From Octopus vulgaris (taxonomy: Eukaryota), in assembly GCA_951406725.2 (NCBI GenBank), contig OX597839.1:13268001-13332000 (forward strand): a stretch of DNA of 64,000 nt, read 5' to 3'. Numbering within the stretch: position 1 is the stretch's first letter; the number at the start of each line of letters is the position of its first letter. The translations under genes and the position numbers were made by a program. Positions 1-12,083 of this stretch are shown one piece after another. The notes beneath the pieces were generated by a model. It was not told where the DNA came from. It did not search any database and saw only the letters and a program-made list of their open reading frames with translations.

Positions 1-2
1 GC

Positions 3-847
3 CACCCCAGACACACCAGGATGAATATCCCCTTCAATCTAGCAAAAGGATATGCACTATAGTCTCTAATGCAAACACCAGAGACACACGACTACAAGAA
101 CTAAAAGATACCCTTATCACCAGGAACTATCCACCTTCACTTATTGACAAGTGCATTCAATGTGCCCTTCAACTTAACATCAAGGAACTGAGACATCCCA
201 AATCAAAGAAAAACTTAGAACCAAAAGCCTTACCATACATCTCCACACACAACCCTCTCAATAACGAAGCCTTCGGCAACATCCTCCACAACATACCCCT
301 CCTAAAAAAAGACCACAGAATGAACACAATCCTCGAAACACACACGATCATAAAAAGCAAAAGACAGCCTAGATCCATGAAAAGTCTCCTAACACAAGCC
401 CGAATTCACTCTTCAACACAGAAGCCGACAGTAAAAAAATGTGGAAGACCCAATTGCGGGATATGCGACTATCTAATTGAGGGATCAGAGTTCTCCTTCA
501 AACAGGGACAACGGTTTACAGTGAAAAGCAACTTCACATGTGCTTCGGAGAACCTAATATACTCACTAACCTGCTCCGGGTGTCAAGAGCAGTACATAGG
601 CCAAACAAAAAATGGTTTGCGTAAACGAATGGCCCTGCACAGATCCCAGATAAAAATTCCCCAAAACAGAAAAATAGGTTTTAGCCAACACATAGATACT
701 TGCGCCAACAAAAAAACACCAAACTTCAGGATTTTCCCCCTCTACCAATTTAGGGACGATACAACCTCGAGACAACGAATAAGTAAAGAAAATCTCTTTA
801 TTACAAAATACAGGCCACTTCTTAACGGGTCTACGACAAACAATTAA
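3..847 (+). mobile_element. Penelope-like retroelement, 3' part of ORF (RT C-terminus, linker, GIY-YIG endonuclease), frameshifted near 45-47
   Basis: Reads HPRHTRMNIPFNLAK, then after a -1 shift RICTIVS..ELKDTLITRNYPPSLIDK..LPYISTHNP, continuing into ORF 320-847 with CGRPNCGIC, FTCASENLIYSLTCSGCQEQYIGQT..LRKRMALH and ENLFITKYRPLLN. These are PLE Zn-linker and GIY-YIG motifs. Confidence 0.9.
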
Positions 848-1465
848 TATACCTCAACTTTAGAATAAAAGAAATATATACACACACAAATATTACATTC
901 CATAGAATCCATTACTAATCAGCCCCATCACAGCTATACTTTCACCCATTCATATTCTCCCTTCTCTGTTTTTTTCTTCTTCTTCCTCTTCTTCTTCATC
1001 ATCATCATTATCATCATCATCGTCGTCATCATCATCACCACCATCATCATCATCATCTTCTCCTTCTCCTTCTTCTTCTTCTTCTTCTTCTTCATCATCA
1101 TCAACATCGTCATCCTCTTCTTCTTCTACTTCTCCACCTTCTACCCCTTAACCTTGTCACTAATGCCTTTCAGTATAACGCCTACGCAAATTCCATAAAC
1201 AATTCCTGAATTGAACTGCGACTGCTGTCCGCCACTGACCATTCAAAATACGACCATCAAGGCATTCCCAGATTTCCCCACCCCCTCTCCACATCAGCCT
1301 TCTGCTTCTCCTACCCTACCAAGAACTCACAACGACCTTGAACACACAAGTGCAAACAAGGGAGTCAGAGAAAGGCAGAATGCCACTTATATCTGAACAC
1401 TACTATAGAAATATTCCTTTAAAAAAACTTTTCTTCTAATTTTTCTAAATTTAATTATTTAATCG

Positions 1466-1509
1466 TTACAGTTGAAAAGGTCTCAAAATGACCGAGACCG
1501 GTACTGAAA
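1466..1509 (+). ncRNA. Minimal hammerhead-like motif in the Penelope 3' tail (U3:A8 variant, GAGA instead of GAAA)
   Basis: CAG-TTGAAAA-GGTC[tcaaaat]GACC-GAGA-CCGG-TA-CTG: stem I, core, stem II, palindromic stem III ACCGGT, UH site. Confidence 0.65.
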
Positions 1510-1660
1510 GATTCACTATAAAATTATCTTAGCATTTTCTATTTTTGACTTGTTTTTTCATATATATATATATATATATATACATATATATGTATATGTA
1601 TATATGTATGTATGTGTTATATATGTATGTGTATATAATATATATATATATATATACATG

Positions 1661-1711
<51 letters not shown>

Positions 1712-2369
1712 TAATATATATGTGTGTGTGTATATATATATATATGTGTGTGTGTGTGTTTAAGTCCCACCCACGCTAGCATAGAAGGCGGACGTTAAAT
1801 GACGATGATGATGTATACATATATATAGATATATAGATATAGATGTTTGTGTGTGTGTGTAAATCACTCCTTTCCTGCCAGTCTTTTGTTGAATGAAGTC
1901 TTTTCTTCTTCTGTTCCACATAACAATACAACGGTTAATATTTCTCTGCCAATTGTCTTTACCAATCCGACTCTCATTGGTCTCTTCGTTTGCCAATTCT
2001 AAATCTACTCCACCCAAATTTCAACAAAATGAAGGATTAAAAAAATCAGCCCTCTCCCACATCCATAACCACCCTCTCAATCCTGGCCCTAATCTCCTAA
2101 CCTACCACCTTGTACCATCCCCTTCTTGGCCATCATTTTTATTTACATACTATCTTAAGCACGGAGTTTGCTGTCTACTCTCTCTCTCTCTCTGTCTTCC
2201 TCTTTTCCCATGTTTCTCTGTGCTTTTATTCCTGTAGGCACCCACACACAAATACAATATATATATACACACATAAGTATATCCATATACATGTAAGCAC
2301 ACACACACACACTTGTAGAAATATTTTATATTATTCTTAATGACGCAGTATTGCTCTCATGAGTGAAGC

Positions 2370-2625
2370 ATCATCATCGTCATCGTCGACATTTAACGTC
2401 CGCTTTCTATGCTGGCATGGGTTGGACAGTTTGACTGAGGACTGGTGAGCCAGAGGCTGCACTAGGCTCAGTCTGATCTGGCAAAGTTTCTGCAGCTAGA
2501 TGCCCTTCCTAATGCCAACCACTCCGAGAGTGTAGTGGGTGCTTTTATGTGCCACTGGCATGAGGGCCAGTCAGGTGGTTCTGGCAACGACCACGCTCAA
2601 AAGGTGTTTTTTATGTGCTACCTGC
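2370..2625 (-). mobile_element. RTE LINE 3'-end fragment (same tail as 50630-50797)
   Basis: (CAT)n, then tttaacgtccgcttt..gctggcatgggttggac..gatgcccttcctaatgccaaccactccgagagtgtagtggg, the reverse complement of the RTE tail. Confidence 0.8.
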
Positions 2626-2709
2626 ATTTTCTAGTTTCCATAGCTGCATATAACAATTTTTAACATTAGGATATTTCAGAAACATTGAGATTTTTCTAAT
2701 ATTTCTGGC

Positions 2710-3035
2710 ACATAATTCTGGGTTTAGTCCCCATGTGTGACACCTTGGGCAAATGTATCTTCTACCATAGCCTTGGGCCAACTAAAGCCTTGTCAGTGGA
2801 TTTGGTAGATGGAAACCGAAAGAGGCCTGTTGTGTGTGTGTGTGTCCCACCACTGCTTGACAATCAGTGCTGATGTGTCTGTGTCCTTGTAACTTAGCAG
2901 TTCAGCCAAAGAGAGCAATAGAATAAGTACCAGACTTGGGAAAACAAGAAGTACTGGGGTTGACTCATTCAACTAAAACTTCTTCATGGTAGTGCCCCAG
3001 CATGGCCACAATCTAATGACTGAAACAAGCAAAAC
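2710..3035 (+). mobile_element. SINE family B (internal microsatellite), diverged
   Basis: ccttgggcaaatg..gccttgtcagtggatttggtagatggaaac..gtaacttagcagttc..aatgactgaaacaag, shared with many copies in the window. Confidence 0.75.
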
Positions 3036-3443
3036 ACACACACACACACACACATATGAAATTTAGGTCAAGTTGTGAAAAAAATACCTATGCTATTTTT
3101 CTAATGACGATCAATTAAACCTTGTTGACTTAGATAAAGCAACAATTTTTTATAGTTTTTTTTTTTTAGAATTCATTTTTATTTTAAATAATAAAAAGAG
3201 TAATTCTATTGACAATTTTATTGATCATATTGAGATTGTGCATTAAAAGCAACTCTACTGTGTAAACATTACCTATACAACATACTTAGTGTTTGTGTGT
3301 TATTTAAATACCAGAAGCTGTGATTTTTGTTCAGGGAAAAATCCCTTTAAAGCTAAAGAATAAAAAGTTTTGAATGGTACAACAATGCACTATAATACAG
3401 ACAATGGACTATATACCTGTTGTAATTTAGTCATCCATAGTCT

Positions 3444-3482
3444 GATATGATATTTCAGAATACTGTTCCTTCTTCAGATATC
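3444..3482 (-). ncRNA. Minimal hammerhead ribozyme motif (mirror copy)
   Basis: Reverse complement GATAT-CTGAAGA-A-GGAA[cagta]TTCT-GAAA-TA-TC-ATATC. Confidence 0.7.
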
Positions 3483-3532
3483 CTTAGATGGAGTCGCTGC
3501 TATAATCGGTTTAGCAGCAACTCCATCTAAGA

Positions 3533-3569
3533 ATATCTGAAGAAGGAATTTTATTCCGAAATATCATAT
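3533..3569 (+). ncRNA. Minimal hammerhead ribozyme motif
   Basis: ATAT-CTGAAGA-A-GGAAT[ttt]ATTCC-GAAA-TA-TC-ATAT; canonical CUGANGA, GAAA and UC site. Confidence 0.75.
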
Positions 3570-3602
3570 CAGATTATGGATGACTAAATTACAACAGGTA
3601 TA

Positions 3603-3829
3603 TATATTTCTTTATTGCCCACAAGGGGCTAAACATAGAGAGGACAAACAAGGACAGACAAAGGGATTAAGTCGATTACATTGACCCCAGTGCAAAACTG
3701 GTACTTTATTTATCGACCCCGAAAGGATGAAAGGCAGAGTCGGAATTTGAACTCAGAACGTAAGGGCAGACGAAATACTGCTAAGCATTTCGCCCGGCGC
3801 GCTAACATTTCTGCCAGCTTGCTGCCTTC
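3603..3829 (-). mobile_element. SINE family A with 13-bp TSD
   Basis: TSD TACAACAGGTATA at 3590-3602 and 3830-3842; body matches 34116-34342. Confidence 0.9.
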
Positions 3830-4061
3830 TACAACAGGTATAAAGCCCATTGTCTGTATTATAGTGCATTGTTGTACCATTCAAAACTTTTTATTCTTTA
3901 CAAACATTACACAATGCTTCAAGTGAACTACAATACTCTCCTTTTAAAGATGTTTTGTGTTATAAACGAGAGTATTCTTGGTGAAATGAAGGATCACATC
4001 TGGGGCAATTTTGTGTTGCTTTGTTCCAAAGTATATCGAGGTTTTTTAGCACTATACATCT

Positions 4062-4675
4062 TTAACTTTTTAGTATTTAAACTGGTCATATCCAGCTCAC
4101 AACTGTTAGCACGCTGGGCGAAATGCGTAGCCGTATTTCGTCTGCCGTTACATTCTGAGTGCAAATTCTGCTGAGGTCGACTTTGCCTTTCATCCTTTCG
4201 GGGTCGATAAATTAAGTAACAGTTACGCACTGGGGTCGTTGTAATCGACTTAATTTGTTTGTCTGTCCTTGTTTGTCCCCTCTATGTTTAGTCCCTTGTG
4301 GATAGTAAAGAAATAAGTATTTCGTCTGCCGCTACGTTCTGAGTTCAAATTCTGCCGAGGTCGACTTTGCCTTTCATCCTTTCAGGGTCGATAAATTAAG
4401 TACCATTTACGCACTGGGGTCGATATAATCGACTTAATTCGTTTGTCTGTCCTTGTTTGTCCCCTCTATGTTTAGCCCCTTGTGGGTAATAAAGAAACAT
4501 ATATGTTCAACCTGGCCATATTCATCCTCTTACACCTACTCAAAAATGTCATTCTAAAAATGAACAACTACGTCATTAAAATCTTGAAGTTAAGAAATAA
4601 TGCATGATTTATTCAAAACCATATGAATAGATACGACTTACATTTGACAAAGTAATCTGAATGCTAAAAGGTTAA
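4062..4675. mobile_element. piggyBac-type MITE interrupted by a partly duplicated family A SINE (~4100-4499)
   Basis: TTAA at both ends; degenerate CCCTTTAG/CTAAAGGG termini; interior matches 16809-17028. Confidence 0.7.
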
Positions 4676-4802
4676 AGTGATTGTTCCCAGATGAAAAACT
4701 GCAGTTTCTGGTATTAAACAATGCACATATGTTAAATATGTGGTACTGATAATGTTACTAATAAATTTTCTTTTATATAAGACATTACCAATGTCTTATA
4801 TA

Positions 4803-5105
4803 ATGCCCAGTGGTTCGGGCAGCGGACTAGCGGTTGTAGGATCGCAGTTTCGATTCCCAGATCGGGTGTTGTGAGTGTTTATTGACTGAAAACACCTAAA
4901 GCTCCACGAGGCTCCGGCAGGGGGTGGTGGCGATCCCTGCTGTACTCTTTTGCCACAACTTTCTCTCACTCTTTCTTCTGTTTGCCTGCTTGCTTAGCCA
5001 GCGGGGTGGTGTCATTTGAAGGCTAAAACAATGCAAAGCGCATTGTGACCAGCGATGTGTAGCAACATCTGATAGCCTGGTTGGTTACGGTGATCACGAT
5101 GATAA
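4803..5105 (+). mobile_element. SINE family C (tRNA-Arg-like head), tail type 1
   Basis: A box cagtggtt, B box gtttcgattcc, body gaaaacacctaaagctccacgaggctccggcagggg, tail ..ctgatagcctgg..cacggtgat. Confidence 0.85.
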
Positions 5106-5210
5106 GACATTACATATGGTGTAGTTTTGGCTATCATTTAAAACTGAAACAAGAAAACTTGTTGGGTTTAGATAGTATGCTTCAATAAAATTTTAAATTT
5201 TACTTTTCAA

Positions 5211-5662
5211 TAGTCTTGAAGACTGCTGAAAATTTAATACACATAGGCGCAAACATGACTATGTGTTAAGAAGCTTGCTTCCTGATCACATGGTTCTGGG
5301 TTCAGTCCCATTGCATGGTACCTTAGACATGTGTCTTCTACTATAGCCTCAATTAAATCAAAGCCTTGTGAGTGGATTTGGTAGGTGGAAACTATATACA
5401 TAAATATATACATAAATATATACATATGTATATATGTATATATATATGTATATATACATAAACAAAATGGGTTTATTTCAGTTTCCACCTACCAAATTCA
5501 CTCACAAGGCTTTGATTCAATTGAGGCTATAGTAGAAGACACATGTCTAAGGTACCATGCAATGGGACTGAGCCCAGAACCATGTGATCAGGAAGCAAGC
5601 TTCTTAACACACAGTCATGTTTGCGCCTATCTGTATTAAATTTTCAGCAGTCTTCAAGATTA
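5211..5662. repeat. Fold-back inverted duplication of a family B SINE head plus its flank
   Basis: 5211-5393 is the near-exact reverse complement of 5479-5662. Confidence 0.9.
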
Positions 5663-5694
5663 GAAGAAACAATTTAGCACTATCAGTATATCGT

Positions 5695-6067
5695 CATAGC
5701 ATTCCGTCGGTTATCACGACGAGGGTTCCAGTTGATCTGATCAACTGGACAGCCTGCTCATGAAATTTACGTGTAAGTGGCTGAGCACTTCACAGACATT
5801 TGTACCCTTACCACAGTTCTCAGGGAGATTCAGCGTGACACAGAGTGCGACAAGGCTGGCCCTTTGAAATACAGGTACAACAGAAACAGGAAGAAAGAGT
5901 GAGAGAAAGTTGTGGTGAAAGAGTACAGCAGGGTTCGCCACCACCCCCTGCTGGAGCTTCTGGTGTTTGCGCTCAATAAACACTCACAATGCTTGGTCTG
6001 GGAATTGAAGCCGTGACCCTACGACTGTGAGTCCGCTGCCCTAACCACTGGGCCATTGTGCCTCCAC
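5695..6067 (-). mobile_element. SINE family C, tail type 3
   Basis: Family C head at the 6067 end; tail (minus strand) cctgtttctgttgtacctgtatttcaaagggccagcc..tcaactggaaccctcgt. Confidence 0.8.
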
Positions 6068-7058
6068 AATCAGTATATATGTAACATGTGGTTTAATTAT
6101 AAACACACACACACAGACTTCTTAGCATGCAGCCACACCTGCACCTTTTGACAACTATTTATCAGTTACTCTTATGTCAAGTAACTGGAAGTTATTTTCT
6201 AAAATATATATTTTAACTCTGCCCTTGACACTTGTCAGTATATGTTTTCATAGAACTTTGGAATGGACTGCCAAATAACTTTAGTTTCACAGCCTTCATA
6301 TTCACATTTCAAAATGTGTGTGTGTGTGTGCATGCATGTATGTGTGTACGTATGCATGTATATGTATGCTTATATGTATGTGTGTGTGCATATATATATA
6401 TATGTATGTATATACATGTATATGTGTGTCAGGTCGGTCTTGGGCACTACTGGTAACATGTAACCCAGTACAACCGTTTGCATGGTTGGGTCATCGGCAA
6501 CTAATCTGACAACCCCATCAGGTTTGCTTGATAAGGAGGGTGATTGTTGGACAGCCTGCAGGACAAAAAGATAAGACCTGTCAAATGGTAGAAGAGCTCA
6601 TGAGCAGTCAATGACCATCTAACAATATATGTACATATGTATGTATGTACATATGTATGTATGTGCAGGGATGTGGAAATACCTGGGTTATTGTCCAGGT
6701 GCCCACTGTGATGGAAGGCCCCTCTGTTCTTGTCACAACATCTTTCTAGGAGAGGGAAACTCTGAGAGAAAACCTGCAACACTGACACTATTCGATGATA
6801 TAAACTAGTTCTTCTTTTTGAGTTCATTCTGTCTATGTTCAGAAAGTAGGATTGAATCTGTACAAATCCTTTCACCACTATAAAAAAATTCATCATGCAC
6901 AGGCATTGTTTGAAAAAGTAAAACCTATCACAAAGATGGCTGGTCATAGCCTAGCATTGCATGTGTGGGATTTTCGATCAGGTGATAGCAATACTTGAAC
7001 ACGAGTTTGCAGCCATCATGTATGTATGCATATATGCGTGTGTGTATGTATATATATA

Positions 7059-7089
<31 letters not shown>

Positions 7090-7093
7090 GTAT

Positions 7094-7400
7094 GTGGAGG
7101 CACATGGCCTATTGGTTAGAGCAGCGGTCGAGGCATCGCGGGTTCGAATCTCAGACCAGGTGATGTGTGTGTTTATGAGTGAAACACCTAAGCTCCACGC
7201 AGCTCCGGCAGAAGGTAATGGCGAAACTTCTACTGACTCTTTCGCCACAACTTTCTCTCACTCTTTCCTCCTGCATCTTGTAGCTCACCTGCGATGGACC
7301 GGCGTCCCATCCAGGTGAGGAACCTAAACGCCAAGGAAACCGGGAAACCGGCCCTTATGAGCGAGGCATGGCTCGAGAAGGAACAAACAAACAAAGAAAC
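7094..7400 (+). mobile_element. SINE family C, tail type 2
   Basis: gtggaggcacatggcc..ggttcgaatctc; tail ctgcatcttgtagctcacctgcg..ggctcgagaaggaac(aaac)n. Confidence 0.85.
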
Positions 7401-7511
7401 ATATATATATATATACTAATAATAATAATAGTAGGGGAAATAATTCCAAACTTACAGGGAAAAATTCAATTTAGCAATTCTAAATCAATAGAGTTTTTTC
7501 TCTAAATTTTA

Positions 7512-7925
7512 TACTCTTTACTCTTTTACTTGTTTCAGTCATTTGACTTCGGCCACGCTGGAGCACCACCTTTAGTTGAGCAAATCGACCCCGGGACTTA
7601 TTCTTTGTAAGCCTGGTACTTATTCTATCGGTCTCTTTTGCTGAATCGCTAAGTGATGGGGACATAAACACACCAGCATCAGTTGTCAAGCAATGCTAGG
7701 GGTACAAACATGGACACAGAAACATACACTCACACATATATATACACATACATATATACGAAGAGCTTCTTTCAGTTTCCATCTACCAAATCCACTCACA
7801 AGGCTTTGGTTGACCTGAGGCTATAGTAGAAGACACTTGCCTAAAATGCCACACAGTGGGACTGAACCCAGAACCATGTGGTTGGTAAGCAAGCTACTTA
7901 CCACACAGCCACTCCTGCACCTATA
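7512..7925 (-). mobile_element. SINE family B, full length
   Basis: (TACTCTTT)n tail; head aggtgcaggagtggctgtgtggtaagtagc on the minus strand. Confidence 0.85.
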
Positions 7926-8061
7926 TTTATATATATATATACACACACACATGCATACACATATATATATATATACTCATGTGTCTGTGTATACATATAT
8001 GTATATAATTTTGTGTGTATGTATGTGTGTGTACATTTATATATATGATTTTGTATATCTG

Positions 8062-8098
<37 letters not shown>

Positions 8099-9019
8099 TT
8101 ATACATGTGTATATATGTATGCATGCATCTATATATTTACTTATTTTCTAACTTGTTTATTAGTCAACCTGAGATGCAGGTTCGGTTTTCTCTAACCAAT
8201 CAAACAACTTAACCTATTTCTCTTATGTACATTAGTTTTCATTGGTTTATTTTTAGCAGAAAAATTTCTCTATCTACTTTTGACCAGACAAGTATCTGAT
8301 CTCTTTTCCGTGACTACTCTTAAATATATATTTCCTATCTACTTTCACAAATCTTTCTTCATATCAATTTATCCTGATTTACATACATTACATTTACAAT
8401 AGTTGATCATAAATCTCTCATTAGTTTTGTTCATTTATTTCTCTTAATATTATATTTATTCATTCTTAATAGATTCTCTTAGATCCAAACAGGAATTCAA
8501 TCTGCCAGAACCTGTTAAAAATTAACAGATACTTTATTGTTTGCATTCTCGCTGTTTTCTACGCACCTAATAAATCCTAACAATACGTTTTCCAGTATTA
8601 TGGCACCCAAATTTTATTGACTATTTTGCTGTATATTTTACATATAGGTGCAGGTGTGGTTGTGTGGTAACATTAGCACGCTGGGCAAATGCTTAGCGGT
8701 ATTTCGTCTGCCGCTACGTTCTGAGTTCAAATTCCGCCGAGGTCGACTTTGTCTTTCATCCTTTTGGGGTCGATTAAATAAGTTCCAGTTACGCTGCTTG
8801 GTAACAGGTGTTGGTGTGTTTACATTCCTGTAACTTAGCAGTTTAACAAAAGTGATCAATAGAATAAATACCAGCCTTTAACGAATAGTAAGTACTAGGG
8901 TTGATTCATTTGACTAAAAATTCTTCAACACAGTGGCACCATGGACAAGTGTCTTCTACTATAGCCTCGGGCCGACCAAAGCCTTGTGAGTGGATTTGTA
9001 GACAGAAATTGAAAAAGCC

Positions 9020-9267
9020 ATATGACCACGGGCATATGGCATAGTGGTTAAGAGCGCGGGCTACTAACCCCAAGACTCCGAGTTCAATTCCAGGCAGTGA
9101 CCTGAATAATAATGATAATAATAATAATAATAATAATAACAATAATAATAATAATAGCAACAACAACATCAAAAAATACTTTAGGAATGAGAACCTCATG
9201 AAGGCTGGAGGGTATATTAGCCAAAACATTGTGTTAACAACAAACAAGATGAGGACAAATATCTGTC
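9020..9267 (+). mobile_element. tRNA-headed SINE with (AAT)n linker and decayed hammerhead tail, nested in a family B SINE
   Basis: A box TGGCATAGTGG 9037-9047, B box GAGTTCAATTCC 9080-9091; flanks AAATTGAAAAAGCC 9006-9019 / AAATCAAAAAAGCC 9268-9281; body matches 19422-19680. Confidence 0.75.
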
Positions 9268-9820
9268 AAATCAAAAAAGCCTGTTGTATCTATGTGTGTG
9301 TGTTTTTGTCCGCCCTCCACTATCACTTGACGACTAATGTTGATGTGTTTACATCCCCATAACTTAGCGGTTCAGCAAAAGAAACCAATAGAATACATAC
9401 TAGACTTACAAAGAATAACTCCTTGGGCAGATTTGTTCGACTAAAGGTGGCAACAGTCAAATGACTGAAACAAATAAAAGAAATAGTGCCTAGCACGTCT
9501 GCAGTCTAAGGATTGAATCTAGTAAAAGATAAAAGATAACTCATTAGAGACCAAACTATGAAAGAAGGCAGCAGGACAGGTTTCTTGGTGTAGCGAAGCT
9601 GTATGGCAACTTGCATTATGGAAGAGTGGGTGTACGAGTAACCTGGATGGAGTTGAATGAGAGATAAAATAGTATATATATATATGTGTGTGTGTATGTG
9701 TGTGTATATATATATTTAAAAAATAAGGATAAAATCTTTATAAGAAATTATCAGTAGTTAGCGTGAAAAACCTCGTAAGAGAAAAAATCTGTAAATTTTT
9801 TCAACTTTGAAATTACTTAT

Positions 9821-10000
9821 TTATATTATATAGAGGGTACTACTATTCATTGATTGCGAAATCACAGGTGATATGTAACTAAATTCTGTTTTTAAATGAC
9901 TCGATTTGAAGTTTTGCATTCGGTACAATTTGTTTATTTTAGTAGTTTTGACTGCAAAAGTCCCTCCTAGCATGCAATACCTATGAATAATAGTACCCTC

Positions 10001-10010
<10 letters not shown>
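9821..10010. repeat. Short inverted repeat within an element lying between (TA)n tracts
   Basis: tatattatatagagggtactactattcat / atgaataatagtaccctctatataatata. Confidence 0.7.
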
Positions 10011-10049
<39 letters not shown>

Positions 10050-10627
10050 TAGGTGCAGGAGTGACTGAGTGGTAAGTAGCTTGCTTACCAACCACATGAT
10101 TCCAGGTTCAGTCCCTCTGTGTGGCATCTTAGTCAAGTGTCTCCTACTATAGCCTTGGGCCGACCAAAGCCTTGTAAGTGGATTTAGTAGACAGAAACTG
10201 AAAGAAGCTCTTTGTATATATGTATATATATGTGTGAGTGTATGTTTCTGTGTCTGTGTTTGTACCCCTAGCATTGCTTGACAACTGATGCTGGTGTGTT
10301 TATGACCCCTTCACTTAGCGATTCGGCAAAAGAGACTGATAGAATAAGTACTAGGCTTACAAAGAATAGTAGTGACGAGGCATTAGGGTGGACCTGCAGG
10401 CTACGAAAAAAACGAAGGGGAATAGTAGTGAGTGGGGACAGAACAGATTTATAGGGGGCTGTGTGAGTGTGGGTAGAAGTTGCAAGTGGGCATAGGGAAT
10501 AAAAGTGAAATGAGAAATGGTTAGAGATGGGGGTATGCAGCCAGAGTTTTTTTTTTGGTGTGGGGGAGGCGAAATGTGATGAATTCCTCTTTTTTTTTTA
10601 CACATAGGTGTTTTGCTTTACTGCACT

Positions 10628-10857
10628 ATCATCATCATCATCATTTTCATCATCATCATCATCATTTTCATCTTCATCATCATCATCTTCATCATCATCA
10701 TCATCATCATCATTTTCATCTTCATTATCATCATCATCATCATTTTCATCTTCATTATCATCATCTTCATCATCATCATCATCATTTTCATCTTCATTAT
10801 CATCTTCATCATCATCATCATCATCATCATCATCTTCATCATCATCATCATCTTCAT

Positions 10858-10892
<35 letters not shown>

Positions 10893-10905
10893 TCATCATC
10901 TTCAT

Positions 10906-10940
<35 letters not shown>

Positions 10941-10962
10941 TCATCTTCATCACCATCATCAT
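10628..10962. repeat. (TCA)n trinucleotide microsatellite
   Basis: Imperfect CAT/CTT/TTT array; source of the poly-H/S/I/D/M ORFs. Confidence 0.95.
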
Positions 10963-11683
10963 ACATCCATTTTCCCATGCCTGTGTAGTGTTGATTATGA
11001 CAAAGATTGGTTTCAGTTTGTGTACATAATTTGTTGCTACGTTATTACAAGGCTTCGTGCAATATAGACAGAATCGATCTTATATTAACATCATATTTTA
11101 CATGTGCTGGAGATCTCTGACAGGTAATTGATAATTAGGCTGATTTTTCACATTGCTAAAATTACATATGGCAGCATTGGTTTTTTAATCCATCTCTGGG
11201 TTGGATATAGAATTGTGAAAACAGCTATCAAGAGAATCATGTTGGGTTGATCATAGAGCTGTGAAAACAGCTACAAGAGAGGAAATTCACCTGAGACTGA
11301 TTCAACAAAATCTGAATTCCCTCTGGCTTTTCATGTTAAAAATCTGTTTTTAAGGCCTTCATTGAAGGAAAATTCTAGAAGTTCTCACATGAACAAAGTT
11401 CTGATTGGCTGAAATGGGGTCTGCAAGCATGATGAACTTGAAATTTACCTGATCAGAAATGGAGTTGAAATCAATTGCTATGCCTGCATGAGTCTGGCAG
11501 AATTTGCTGAGGTAGATTTTCTATGGTTGGATGCCCTTTTTCTCACCAACCGTCACCTGTTTCAATACAAGCTAATATTTCCTCATGGCAAGACATGTTT
11601 TTCTACAGAAGACTGCAAACAAACAGCATTTGTATGACGGTGATGCTTGTTTACAAATATCATGTGATGTCAAGACAGGAATA

Positions 11684-11722
<39 letters not shown>

Positions 11723-12083
11723 CAGTCATCTTTTAGTTTTCTTCTATGAAATCTACTCACAAGTACTTTGATTGGCCCTGGGCTATAGAAGATATTTATC
11801 CAAAGTGCCAGAAATTAGGACTGAACCCAAAGCCACATGGCTGGGATGCCTACTTCTCAATCATACAGCTATACCTTTATCTAAATTTTGAAATGTACTA
11901 AATAGCTATTGATACGATAAATTTGCTGGAGTCTTTAGCATGTCAGGCAAAAATGCTTAGCCGCATTTTGTCCGTTTTTACATTCTGAGTTCAAATTCCG
12001 CCAAGATTGACTTTGCCTTTCATCCTTTCAGGGTCGATAAAATAAGTACCAGTTGAACACTGGGGTTGATGTAATCAACCTAC

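Larger units (their letters stand above)
3354..3900. mobile_element. Palindromic (inverted pLTR-like) element with a hammerhead on each strand, interrupted by a SINE
   Basis: Arm 3354-3502 is the reverse complement of 3512-3602 joined to 3843-3900; 9-nt spacer. Confidence 0.85.

Noticed and set aside
6660-7010. Candidate LIM-domain exon of hillarin
   Set aside because: No frame gives LIM Cys/His spacing; stops are present.
9030-9104. Functional tRNA gene (also the family C and D heads)
   Set aside because: A and B boxes are present but the acceptor stem does not close, and the sequence continues into SINE bodies.
10555-11067. Poly-His/Ser/Asp/Ile/Met ORFs
   Set aside because: All frames are open over a (TCA)n microsatellite; no splice or homology support.
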